From NCBI GenBank assembly GCA_963765495.1, contig CAVXWP010000008.1:448001-512000 (forward strand): a DNA stretch of 64,000 nucleotides, given 5' to 3'. Position numbers and translations under genes: made by a program. The DNA comes from Blastocatellia bacterium. Its GTDB lineage: Bacteria > Acidobacteriota > Blastocatellia > UBA7656. Below are positions 20,305 to 29,272 of this stretch, in pieces; position 1 is the stretch's first letter; every line of letters begins with the position of its first letter. The notes under the pieces were generated by a model that did no database searches, was not told the origin of the DNA, and saw nothing but the letters and a program-made list of their open reading frames with translations.

Positions 20305-20338
20305 CAATCCGGCGCCATAAATTTATGGCGCCGGATTG
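20305..20338. repeat. 34-bp perfect palindrome (probable terminator of bcp or REP-like element)
   Basis: CAATCCGGCGCCATAAA|TTTATGGCGCCGGATTG. Confidence 0.75.
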
Positions 20339-20374
20339 TCATAGAAAATGGGCACCAATATTATCGCCGGACAA

Positions 20375-20920
20375 TCATTTTTTCTGCAGTTCGTCCAGGG
20401 CGGCAAGTACTTCCTCACTATGGTTCACAGGTTTAACATTAAGAAATATTTTTGCCACCTTCCCTTTCGGGTCAATGATAAAAGTATTGCGAGCCGACAA
20501 TTTCTTGCCGCTATATTCCATCACAGAGCCATATTGTTCGGAGACTGTTGCCTGAGTATCAGCCAGCAGTTTGAAGTTCAGTCCTTCCTTCTCGCAGAAT
20601 CCCTTGTGGGAATCAACATCATCCACACTAACACCGAGAATGACGGCGTTCGCCTTTGCATAGCTCTCTATGTCTCTCTGGAAATTGTGGGCTTCAATCG
20701 TGCAACCCTGGGTGAAATCTTTAGGGTAGAAATAGAGTACCACCCATTTACCATGATAATCCTTAAGGCTTACACTCTTCCCTTCATTATTCATCAGGGA
20801 AAAATCGGGAGCCGGTTTTCCAATCTCAGGCGGGCCGCCACTTGCGCGAATTACAGATGGCAAGGAAATCAAAGCACAAAAGATCATCATCACCGCTAAA
20901 CTCAGATTTCTCACGGTCAT
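20375..20920 (-). CDS. bcp: Peroxiredoxin, BCP/PrxQ family, with N-terminal signal peptide
   Basis: APDF, LYFYPKDFTQGCTIEA, GVSVD, RNTFIIDP. RBS GGAGG. Confidence 0.92.
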   Translation of the reverse strand: MTVRNLSLAVMMIFCALISLPSVIRASGGPPEIGKPAPDFSLMNNEGKSVSLKDYHGKWVVLYFYPKDFTQGCTIEAHNFQRDIESYAKANAVILGVSVDDVDSHKGFCEKEGLNFKLLADTQATVSEQYGSVMEYSGKKLSARNTFIIDPKGKVAKIFLNVKPVNHSEEVLAALDELQKK

Positions 20921-21065
20921 TACCTCCAGACTTTCAATTTCGGTTAGCTAAAACAGCCCTCAAATATCACCGAATCCGTCACTACGCCAGTTTGCAGCCT
21001 TGAGCCAAATTAATCCCCGGATGATAAAATCATTTAAGACCAGGAAATAGCCTCCGAGGGAGGCC

Positions 21066-21101
21066 GCTCGTGGGCGCTCTGTCTTTAGCTCGCCCACGAG
21101 C
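21066..21101 (-). terminator. Hairpin after iscA/erpA
   Basis: 11-bp perfect stem GCTCGTGGGCG/CGCCCACGAGC. Confidence 0.55.
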
Positions 21102-21148
21102 AAGCAAGTCTCGATTACTCTGCCGCAAGAAACCATGTATGATGCAAA

Positions 21149-21496
21149 CTAGACGGTAAACGAACTGCCGCAACCACAACTTCCTGTCGCATTGGGATTG
21201 CTAAAGGTAAACCCGGATCCCATTACGGAATTGACATAATCCACCTGAACCCCATCCAGGTATTGGCGGGAGAACATATCGACAAAAACTCGAAGTCCTG
21301 CCTGATCGATGATCTCATCACCTTGACGAGGGCCATCCTCGATCTGCATCGAGTAAGAAAACCCACTACATCCGCCTGGAACCACTCTAATCCTCAGGCC
21401 AGCTTCCGGACCGGCATCTTCTGCCTCAATAAATTTTCTGACTTCGGTCACGGCCGTATCCGTCAACGAAAGATTTACTGTTGTTGTCGTGCTCAT
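21149..21496 (-). CDS. erpA: A-type Fe-S carrier (HesB/IscA/ErpA family)
   Basis: GGCSGFSY and NPNA..SCGCG.SF motifs. Confidence 0.93.
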   Translation of the reverse strand: MSTTTTVNLSLTDTAVTEVRKFIEAEDAGPEAGLRIRVVPGGCSGFSYSMQIEDGPRQGDEIIDQAGLRVFVDMFSRQYLDGVQVDYVNSVMGSGFTFSNPNATGSCGCGSSFTV

Positions 21497-21534
21497 CTGT
21501 GCTTCCTCTCCTTAAAAGAATTTCAGAAATCAAT

Positions 21535-21801
21535 TCAAGGCATTTCGCCCTTTCCCATTTCTTCAGCGATCAATTTTCCGAACCCTGGTATACTCTCGCG
21601 CAATACGCGCTCGATGCCAAGAATCAAGGTTAACCGAGATGTTGGCCATCGCTCAAATCCACCACGTAAAACAATTCTTGCATCATCCCCATCAATTGAA
21701 TTCAACTCAACGCCGCCGCCGTTGGCTTCAAGTGAGGGGCGAATGCTTTGCAGTACTCCTTCAACCTGTTCAAGGGTAAGATTCGAATTTTCAAACATCA
21801 T
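21535..21801 (-). CDS. NifU-C/Nfu-like domain protein lacking the CxxC motif
   Basis: IRP.L...GG.VEL and LRG...P.S..TL..GIER.L pattern. The CxxC position reads FERW. Confidence 0.8.
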   Translation of the reverse strand: MMFENSNLTLEQVEGVLQSIRPSLEANGGGVELNSIDGDDARIVLRGGFERWPTSRLTLILGIERVLRESIPGFGKLIAEEMGKGEMP

Positions 21802-21877
21802 TTTATTCCATACGATGCCGGAATACGGATTATAATCGCTGTATAGTCGAGTTTCAACTACAGGGACTTCCTGTAGC

Positions 21878-22960
21878 TTAAATGCCCATATTTATCACAG
21901 GCAGGCTTCCCCCTTTCATTGCAGCAATGCTGACTTGTGCGGCAACATTATCTGCGATCTCCATCATGGCAATTGCCTGCGGGCTCTCCGGTTCTCCGAT
22001 GACAATCGGGACCCCCCGGTCACCAGCTTCACGAACATTTGTCGATAGCGGTATCTGTCCGAGTAAATTTGTCTTAAATCTGTCTGCCAGCTCCTTGCCG
22101 CCTCCTGATCCGAAAATATCGTGATGAGCAGAGCAATTACCACAGACAAAATAGCTCATGTTTTCGACTATACCGAGGACAGGTATATGAACCTGCTCAA
22201 ACATATTAAAGGCCTTGCGCACATCGGCCATGGCTACTTCCTGTGGAGTTGTGACCAAAACCGCACCCTGTACGGGTGCAAGTTGCGCAAGACTCAATTG
22301 AGCATCACCTGTGCCGGGTGGCATATCAATTATAAGGTAATCAAGCTCTCCCCACTCAACGTCATAGAGAAACTGTCGGACAGCGCTATGCAACATGGGG
22401 CCGCGCCAGACAACCGGACGATCTCCAGGATTTAAAAAACCAAGCGACATTACTTTGACTGAATACGCTTCGAGGGGAATCAGCCGCTGCCCCTTCACTC
22501 CGGGCTCCTTGTTAACACCTATCATGATCGGCACATTGGGGCCATAGACATCCGTATCCAATAATCCGACACTGGCTCCGCGCTTTGCGAGCCCCACTGC
22601 CAGATTGACTGCAACAGTAGACTTCCCTACCCCTCCTTTTCCCGAACTTACAGCTACAATGTTTCTCACACCCGGGACAGATTGCTTATCCCCCATGCCT
22701 CGACCTTTGGGGACTTCCGCTTCCATCTTTATTTCAACCGTTTCGATCCCTTGAAGGCTCAAAAGGGCTTCTCTTGCGGCTTCTTCCAATTTTTCCTTAA
22801 CCGGACAGGCTGGCGTTGTCAGAACAAGTCTGAATTTAACCTTTGAACCCTCTATCTCAAGATCACGGACGAAATTCAGAGTGACTATGTCCCGATGCAG
22901 ATCCGGGTCTTTTACTGTACTCAACGCTTTCAGTACATTCTCTTTATTGATTTCAGCCAT
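21878..22960 (-). CDS. apbC: Mrp/ApbC (NBP35) Fe-S cluster carrier ATPase with N-terminal DUF59
   Basis: V.DPDL..DIV, CP, SGKGGVGKST, DMPPGTGD, VENMS..C..C. RBS GAGGAGG. Confidence 0.96.
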   Translation of the reverse strand: MAEINKENVLKALSTVKDPDLHRDIVTLNFVRDLEIEGSKVKFRLVLTTPACPVKEKLEEAAREALLSLQGIETVEIKMEAEVPKGRGMGDKQSVPGVRNIVAVSSGKGGVGKSTVAVNLAVGLAKRGASVGLLDTDVYGPNVPIMIGVNKEPGVKGQRLIPLEAYSVKVMSLGFLNPGDRPVVWRGPMLHSAVRQFLYDVEWGELDYLIIDMPPGTGDAQLSLAQLAPVQGAVLVTTPQEVAMADVRKAFNMFEQVHIPVLGIVENMSYFVCGNCSAHHDIFGSGGGKELADRFKTNLLGQIPLSTNVREAGDRGVPIVIGEPESPQAIAMMEIADNVAAQVSIAAMKGGSLPVINMGI

Positions 22961-23648
22961 CAATTGGCCTCCTCGCCTTTCCCTTTTTAGTCTCAAGTAG
23001 ATTCTTAACCTCTGGCTTAGAGGATGGGCGGCAAATCATATAATCGCAACTTTGCGCCCCACCTGCGATACGACATTTACGCGATACTTCGGTCCTTAAG
23101 ACCTCACGATAGACTCTTAATTCCTCTGCGCAAACCTGATCATAATTTGTGGCAACCGCTTCCATTGGGCAATTACATTGTCTTAATAAATATGAATCAT
23201 TCTGAAGTCTTACAAGGGTTACATCATAACCACGATCATTCATTATCAGACTGATTTTCTTCACCTGACTATCGAAGTCTTGCTCTTCAATTTCTGTTAA
23301 TAAAAAGCTTGCCAGCTCGTCCGCATGTTTACAAAATACTTTAGATACTCCAGATTCGCCAAACAGGGTTTTAACCTGTTTGAGTATGCCAAGAGCGAGA
23401 CGATTGTAGCTTTTGGGGAATATAATATCGGCCTTTTCGGTCAAATGATAAACGTGGCCAGGGCGTCCTCTTTCCTTTTGCTGTTTCTCAAAATCAACCA
23501 GACCATCTTTCTGCAGCAAGTCCAGATGGCGACGGATGCTAACTTTACTTACCCCCACAAATGACGCCAATTCTCCTACAGTCAACCGTCTCCCTTTCTT
23601 CAGGTGCTTAAGTATTTCGCTCCGAGTCTCTTTAAGTATGTTTGTCAT
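22953..23648 (-). CDS. sufR: SufR-like HTH transcriptional regulator (Fe-S sensing)
   Basis: wHTH (IRRHL..L..DGLV, RGRP..VY.LT, FPK.Y), C-terminal CNCP-X12-C-X...C ligands. Overlaps the apbC start. Confidence 0.82.
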   Translation of the reverse strand: MTNILKETRSEILKHLKKGRRLTVGELASFVGVSKVSIRRHLDLLQKDGLVDFEKQQKERGRPGHVYHLTEKADIIFPKSYNRLALGILKQVKTLFGESGVSKVFCKHADELASFLLTEIEEQDFDSQVKKISLIMNDRGYDVTLVRLQNDSYLLRQCNCPMEAVATNYDQVCAEELRVYREVLRTEVSRKCRIAGGAQSCDYMICRPSSKPEVKNLLETKKGKARRPIDG

Positions 23649-23666
23649 CGAGGCTAACACCCTTCC

Positions 23667-23707
23667 ATGCTAGACAGCCCTTCAAACATTTGTCAACATT
23701 TTGGTTA
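23667..23707 (-). promoter_or_regulatory. sigma70 promoter of sufR-like operon overlapped by a putative SufR operator
   Basis: TTGACA-N18-TAGCAT on the minus strand. CAAC-N6-GTTA at 23694-23707 is one mismatch from the cyanobacterial SufR box CAAC-N6-GTTG. Confidence 0.5.
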
Positions 23708-23776
23708 TCAAATTAGTAAAAGATGTTTGTACGTTGATTGGGAACCGATCTTAGAATTAGATATAATCGGTGACCG

Positions 23777-24604
23777 ATGAGAGTCTTCACCCATAAAGGA
23801 AATCCCCTAACGGCCGAGGAATGGGAACACCTTCTCAAAACGGTAAGGGCGGTTGGTAATTCGACTGTTTCTCGAAAGTTTATTGATGCGACTGATCCAT
23901 TTGGGGCTGGGTTCCAGACTGTCCCGCCCTTTGAACAATTGGGTATCACCGAAGGGTACAAAAGACCGCAATATGTCAAAGCTGGCCCGATAACGCGAGA
24001 ACGAGCGAAAAGCGATATTATTCCCCTAATTACAAAAGATTTTGTCGTTCATTGGCGTGATCTGGAAGAATCCAGACTCACTGGACAAGTCATGCCGATG
24101 GCAAAAGCAGGGGCGGCCGCATCAAGTTGCGCTGGGAGCGAAGACAAACTTGTGTTCTTTGGACACTCACCTCTGGGCTACAAGGGGATTATGACGATCG
24201 AGGGTAGAAATATCTGCACGGGGTTAAAATGGGGGAAGCCTGGTTATGCCTTTGAAAATTTTAAGGCGATTACAGGGTTGCTAACGGCAAAAGGTTTCAC
24301 CGGACCTTTTGCGGCTGTTGTTCCCCCCCTGATCTATTCCGAAATGCACAGAGTTCTAAAGGGCTCTTCTTTATTAGAAATATCTCATGTAAGGGCCCTG
24401 CTAACAGGAGGGGTGTTTCGATCTTCTTTGCTTGCGCCCCGGTCGGGGTTCGTAGTATCCAGGGGGAGACACAATTTGGAACTACTTGTATCGATGGATA
24501 CCGCTGCCGCATTTCTTGGGGCCAGGAAAATGAATCTTCCATTCAGAGTCTTCAAGGCCATTTACCTGAGTATATATAACAGTAAGGCAATCTGCACATT
24601 TTGA
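23777..24604 (+). CDS. Family 1 encapsulin (linocin M18-like) shell protein
   Basis: PLT.EEW, RKFI...P.GAG, IPLI.KDF..HWRD.E, A..CA..ED..VF.G, GF.GPFA, FRV...AICT. 275 aa. Confidence 0.88.
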   Translation: MRVFTHKGNPLTAEEWEHLLKTVRAVGNSTVSRKFIDATDPFGAGFQTVPPFEQLGITEGYKRPQYVKAGPITRERAKSDIIPLITKDFVVHWRDLEESRLTGQVMPMAKAGAAASSCAGSEDKLVFFGHSPLGYKGIMTIEGRNICTGLKWGKPGYAFENFKAITGLLTAKGFTGPFAAVVPPLIYSEMHRVLKGSSLLEISHVRALLTGGVFRSSLLAPRSGFVVSRGRHNLELLVSMDTAAAFLGARKMNLPFRVFKAIYLSIYNSKAICTF

Positions 24605-24680
24605 CCTGTATTTGCAGTGCAACGCATATTCTGAGAGACAAGGCATCTTTAGAATGATTTGTAATTGTTGGGAGTAAAAG

Positions 24681-24971
24681 ATGGAGTCCGAATCAGCTAA
24701 GAATGAGTCATATCTTGAGAAGGTTACAAATGAATTAGCCAGATACGAGCATCCTCTGTTCCAATGGCACGCCATATTGAATAATAGAGGGGTAGAAGTG
24801 ATTGTCGAATTGAAGTATTCGGGTATCCACGATGATCCCTACAGGTTCACACTGACACCCAGGGAGATTAATGACCGGGCCTTTGAATGGGATTTTCAAC
24901 GCCAGATTTACAACTATTTGCACGATTATCTAGTTGAGATGTTCACCCGAAGCCCACACATTAGGGATTAG
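24681..24971 (+). CDS. Conserved-looking hypothetical protein (96 aa)
   Basis: RBS GGGAG, aromatic-rich motifs YEHPLF and FQRQIYNYLHDY.VEMF. Confidence 0.75.
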   Translation: MESESAKNESYLEKVTNELARYEHPLFQWHAILNNRGVEVIVELKYSGIHDDPYRFTLTPREINDRAFEWDFQRQIYNYLHDYLVEMFTRSPHIRD

Positions 24972-24976
24972 GGCCA

Positions 24977-25906
24977 TCAGGCTCTTGGATGAAATTTCTT
25001 ATAAATTTCCCGAAGTCTTTCATTTGTAATGTGAGTATAAATCTGGGTAGTGCTTAAATCACTATGTCCCAGCATCATCTGGACGGACCGTAGATCAGCA
25101 CCATTTTCCAAAAGATGAGTTGCAAAACTATGGCGGAGCAGATGAGGGGTAATGTGTCCAATCCGTGCAATATTGCCATAATCAACAATCAACTTCCAGA
25201 AAGCCCCTCGAGTGACCCCCTTGCCGCGTTCATTTATAAAAAGCAGAGAGTTCGATCTCCCCTTCAGAATCCTCGGCCTTATTGATAAATACTTTCTAGT
25301 CCAATTTATCGCGCTTGATCCCATTGGAACTCGCCGTTCCTTGCTGCCCTTCCCTAGGGTTACAAGAAACCCCATATCCAGGTTCAAGTCTGTCAATTTG
25401 AGTGATACGAGTTCTGACACTCTGACTCCGGTGGCATACAAGATTTCCAACATGGCCTTATCTCTTAGACCGAGGTCCGAACCCGTGTCAGGAGTATCAA
25501 GTAATTTGTCCACCTCTTCGGGCAACAGAAATTTTGGCAAAGACTGCCAGGACCGAGGCGTCTCAAGATTAGCCGTAGGGTCTCGTTTAATGATGCCGTC
25601 AAGGATGAGGAATTTGTAGAGGTTGCGAACCGTCACAAGCGTCCTGGCTATACTCCGGGGCTCCAACCCGGATTCATTCAATCGCTTTATGAATAGCAGT
25701 AAATCCTCCCGCTCAAGAGATTGCAGATCTTTCCTGGAGCCTTCAGCAAACCGTACAAGTTTCTCCAAATCATTACGGTATGCCAGGATTGTATTTTGTG
25801 AGAGACCTTTTTCAACCTGTAAATAACTGATAAAACTTGAAACAATATCTCGTGGCAAAATAATATTACCTCCTTCGGGTTGACTCTTTAACTTACTATT
25901 TGACAT
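24977..25906 (-). CDS. xerD: Site-specific tyrosine recombinase XerD
   Basis: E.GLS.NT..AY..DL, RD.AMLE.LYATG.RVSEL, GKGSKER, HLLRHSFATHLL..GADLR, LGHSD..TTQIYTH, HPRA. Confidence 0.95.
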   Translation of the reverse strand: MSNSKLKSQPEGGNIILPRDIVSSFISYLQVEKGLSQNTILAYRNDLEKLVRFAEGSRKDLQSLEREDLLLFIKRLNESGLEPRSIARTLVTVRNLYKFLILDGIIKRDPTANLETPRSWQSLPKFLLPEEVDKLLDTPDTGSDLGLRDKAMLEILYATGVRVSELVSLKLTDLNLDMGFLVTLGKGSKERRVPMGSSAINWTRKYLSIRPRILKGRSNSLLFINERGKGVTRGAFWKLIVDYGNIARIGHITPHLLRHSFATHLLENGADLRSVQMMLGHSDLSTTQIYTHITNERLREIYKKFHPRA

Positions 25907-26075
25907 ATTTTATACGACTTACGGAGGAATTTGAATTTATTCGATCAGAGGAGTTTAGACAACGATAAGTTTTTAAATATTTTCCGTCAGTAAGCCCTCT
26001 TTTTTTAAGGAACATAATAAAATACTTAAGGGAACTTATATGAAATATTTTACTTTAAGATAATGAGGCTAATCA

Positions 26076-27128
26076 ATGGAATTAATGGAGATTGCTGAAC
26101 GACTTTCCTGTACACTTGAAGGAGATGGAAAAGTCATTATAAGCGGATTGGCGACACTAGAAGATGCGCTGCCCGGTGATTTGAGTTTTCTAACAAATCC
26201 TAAATATCTACCCCGTGTAAAATTTACGAAGGCTTCTGCTATTATAGCAGGCCCGGATTGCCCCCCTATAGACATGCCGATACTTAGGAATGCAAACTCT
26301 TATCTAACATTCGCGAAGGCGATCGAACTATTTTATTCTCGCCCGCCAAGAAAGCCATATATTCACCCAACAGCATGGATTTCCGAATCCGCAGTCTTGG
26401 GCGACGATGTTTCTATTAAAGCATTCGCTTATATAGGAGATGGCGTCATACTTGGAAACAGGTCTTCAATTGGGGAAAACACTACCATCCTTGAAGGTGC
26501 TGAAATTGGAGAGGATACGCTGATCCATTCAGGGGTCGTTGTCCGTGAAAATGTTTTTATTGGAAAGCGATGCATAATTCAAGACAATGCAGTGATAGGC
26601 TCGGACGGGTTCGGATTTGCGAAACAGGATGATGGTACCTGGTATAAAATTCCCCAGGTGGGAAAAGTTGTCATCGGGGATGATGTTGAGATAGGAGCCT
26701 GCTCAACAATAGACCGTGCTGCACTTGGAAAGACAAGTATCTTGAACGGAACAAAGATAGATAATCTTGTCCACATTGGACACGGCTCGCAAATAGGCAA
26801 CCACTCACTTCTCTGCGCCCAGGTAGGACTGGCTGGCTCCACAAAGGTGGGGAACAAAGTAATCCTTGCGGGTCAGGTGGGCGCGGCCGGACACTTGACC
26901 ATAGGAGATGGAGTGATGGCTGTGGCTCAATCTGGAATCCCAAGTTCCGTAGATGCTGGTAAAGTTATTTCCGGGTCGCCAGCTATTGATCAGAGATTAT
27001 GGTTAAAGACATCCGCACTCTTTCCCAGACTGCCGGAATTACATAAGGCTGTTCGTCGTCTTGAAAAAAAAGTAGACAGTTTAGAACGCACATTTAATGT
27101 TAGACTTGAGGGAAATACCGAATTTTAG
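26076..27128 (+). CDS. lpxD: UDP-3-O-(3-hydroxymyristoyl)glucosamine N-acyltransferase
   Basis: Hexapeptide repeats, [35 protein letters not shown]. Confidence 0.97.
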   Translation: MELMEIAERLSCTLEGDGKVIISGLATLEDALPGDLSFLTNPKYLPRVKFTKASAIIAGPDCPPIDMPILRNANSYLTFAKAIELFYSRPPRKPYIHPTAWISESAVLGDDVSIKAFAYIGDGVILGNRSSIGENTTILEGAEIGEDTLIHSGVVVRENVFIGKRCIIQDNAVIGSDGFGFAKQDDGTWYKIPQVGKVVIGDDVEIGACSTIDRAALGKTSILNGTKIDNLVHIGHGSQIGNHSLLCAQVGLAGSTKVGNKVILAGQVGAAGHLTIGDGVMAVAQSGIPSSVDAGKVISGSPAIDQRLWLKTSALFPRLPELHKAVRRLEKKVDSLERTFNVRLEGNTEF

Positions 27129-27154
27129 TAATTGAAAGAGGATTGCTCGCACAT

Positions 27155-27700
27155 ATGAATGTAAAAATCGAAGCCCAAACCTCCCTGGACACGAAGAAAC
27201 TCCAGGATATCGTGGAGAAAACACTTGAAGTCGTCCCGGTTGAGCATCTCAGAGGATTTGCCAAGATCGTTTTCGTAAATGAGGTAACAGAGCCCCGTAT
27301 TTCTGCAGCGCAAAGGTCTACCCTGCCTGCTCTTTATCATCCGAAAATGGGAGGACTGATGGCATGGGCCGAGGTTGCCTTATCCGTTATTCGCCCAAAG
27401 AAACGATTTCCGCAGAATATAATGACCCGTCTCGCACTGAAGTCAAATATCGCTCAAGTAATCCTTTCACTTGTTGCTCAGCACTATTACCTGACACTCT
27501 CAAAGGGCCGCAAGAAGAATCAATTGGAACTTGCCTGCAGACAGTATGTGGAAAAATACTTTGAACTTTGGAGAGAAAAAGAGGGCGGATTGAGAGTCAA
27601 GCTGATGAAGCCCTTTAAACCATATCTCGATAAGCTGGCGAAAAATCTCGCGAAGAAATATCAGCAAGAGATGAAGAAAAAGAGTCTTCAACAGAAATAG
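27155..27700 (+). CDS. Hypothetical basic protein (possible degenerate zincin-like fold)
   Basis: Long ORF directly after lpxD with VP.EHLRG..IV, LYHP and AW.E motifs. Confidence 0.78.
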   Translation: MNVKIEAQTSLDTKKLQDIVEKTLEVVPVEHLRGFAKIVFVNEVTEPRISAAQRSTLPALYHPKMGGLMAWAEVALSVIRPKKRFPQNIMTRLALKSNIAQVILSLVAQHYYLTLSKGRKKNQLELACRQYVEKYFELWREKEGGLRVKLMKPFKPYLDKLAKNLAKKYQQEMKKKSLQQK

Positions 27701-27702
27701 AG

Positions 27703-28524
27703 TTACTGCTTCTCCTCAAATCGTTCAATCGTCTCATGCATTGCATTTATTATCTCTTCGTGGGCAACATTTGATTTGCGAAACTTTATCAGAACAGTGA
27801 ACGATTTATCCGAAGCGATGTGTTTATACTCGAAATTGCGTGCCTTTCTAGTCTTCCCTTGCCTGACCCGGCGCGCCTCATCTCTTGTCAGCCCCGATTC
27901 TCTGATCGTTTCGACAAATCGGCGCATATCTTCAACTGAGGGCTGTCTAACCACTTGTAATAACAGTGATTTAGACCCTATGTCGGCGCGCCGACATAGC
28001 TCTCTCACATCCTCGGGGATAGAAGCAAGTGATAGTGATTCAGTGACGGAGGTCCTTGATTTCCCCACTTTTTTAGAAATTTCTTCGTGAGTATATCCAA
28101 AACGCTCCGCAAGCGCCTGTAGGCCATCAGCCTCTTCGAATGCGGTTAAATCCTTACGCTGGAGATTTTCTATAAGTGAGATTTCAGCGACAGCCCTATC
28201 ATCGACATCCATTTCTATGCATGGAAGTTCGATCAGCCCGACTTCCATGCTGGCTCGAAAGCGTCTTTCCCCGCTTATAATCATGAACCGCCCTACATCG
28301 CTAGGTCGGACAAGAAGCGGTTCGAGGACTCCTTTCTCTCTGATGGAAGAGACCAAATCGGTGAGGTCTCCTATCTCAACTCGTGGCTGGTTAGGGTTTG
28401 GAACCAGCTTATCGATGGGGATCATCCGTCCCACTGGAGCGCCTGCGCTCCTATTTGTTAATTGCTCGACGTAATGGGCGTCGTGGCGCAGCTTGAAATT
28501 TCCGGGCAAACCTCGCTTAGACAC
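27703..28524 (-). CDS. parB: ParB/RepB/Spo0J family partition protein
   Basis: [23 protein letters not shown] (CTPase), [11 protein letters not shown] (THEEIS..VGKSR). Confidence 0.95.
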   Translation of the reverse strand: MSKRGLPGNFKLRHDAHYVEQLTNRSAGAPVGRMIPIDKLVPNPNQPRVEIGDLTDLVSSIREKGVLEPLLVRPSDVGRFMIISGERRFRASMEVGLIELPCIEMDVDDRAVAEISLIENLQRKDLTAFEEADGLQALAERFGYTHEEISKKVGKSRTSVTESLSLASIPEDVRELCRRADIGSKSLLLQVVRQPSVEDMRRFVETIRESGLTRDEARRVRQGKTRKARNFEYKHIASDKSFTVLIKFRKSNVAHEEIINAMHETIERFEEKQ

Positions 28525-29272
28525 GATTTAATACCTCCTCACACAGGTTTGAATACTCGATTGCCCCACTTGAGTTGGGAGCAAATGTAAAAATGGTTTC
28601 CTTATAGGCAGGACTCTCCTCAAGGCGAACAGATTTACTAATTACGGTTTCAAAGACTTTCGCTCCAAAGACCTGTTTGATCTGTTCATGGATATCCTTG
28701 GCCAGGGTAGTCCTCTTATCAAGCAAAGTGATCACAACGCCGAGCACTTGTAAATTAGGATTTGGTCTTGCTTTCACTTTCTCCACCGTTTCGAGCAGAT
28801 CATCTGTCCCTTCCAGGGCAAAATATGACGGCTGGATTGGAATAATCAGATAATCCGAGGCTACAAGAGCATTTACAGTTATCAACCCGAGTGTTGGTGG
28901 TGTATCAATGATAAGGTATTCATATTCTCGCACAAGCCCTTCTATCCGGTCTTTTAATCGAAAAGGAGCATCGAATTCGCCAATCAGTTTGCTCTCAAAC
29001 TTTGCGAGGCTGATTCTAAACGGCAATACAAAAAGGCCCGGAATCATTGTGTCCTTTATGACATCATTTGCCATCACGTCGGATTCCGTCAATAATTCAT
29101 AAATTGAATGCTCTATATTTCTGTGATCCAAAAAAGAGAGAGAACTGTTCCCTTGCGGGTCCAGATCTATGATCAGGACTTTTTTCCCGGCCCTGGCGAG
29201 AGCGGCCGAAAGATTGATCGCAGTGGTCGTTTTGCCGACACCGCCTTTTTGGTTAGCAATAGCTATTACCAT
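28517..29272 (-). CDS. parA: ParA/Soj family ATPase
   Basis: [37 protein letters not shown]. Overlaps parB. Confidence 0.96.
   Translation of the reverse strand: MVIAIANQKGGVGKTTTAINLSAALARAGKKVLIIDLDPQGNSSLSFLDHRNIEHSIYELLTESDVMANDVIKDTMIPGLFVLPFRISLAKFESKLIGEFDAPFRLKDRIEGLVREYEYLIIDTPPTLGLITVNALVASDYLIIPIQPSYFALEGTDDLLETVEKVKARPNPNLQVLGVVITLLDKRTTLAKDIHEQIKQVFGAKVFETVISKSVRLEESPAYKETIFTFAPNSSGAIEYSNLCEEVLNRV

Noticed and set aside
21878-21915. ApbC C-terminus GGSLPVINMGI as an encapsulin targeting peptide
   Set aside because: Only a partial GSL resemblance. LPVI-type tails are common in Mrp proteins, so it was not called.
23777-25906. Prophage remnant (HK97 capsid + integrase)
   Set aside because: The recombinase has chromosomal XerD hallmarks, the shell has encapsulin motifs, and there are no terminase, portal or tail genes.
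25907-26075. Very AT-rich spacer as oriC/DUE
   Set aside because: No DnaA boxes seen. Explained by divergent xerD/lpxD promoters.
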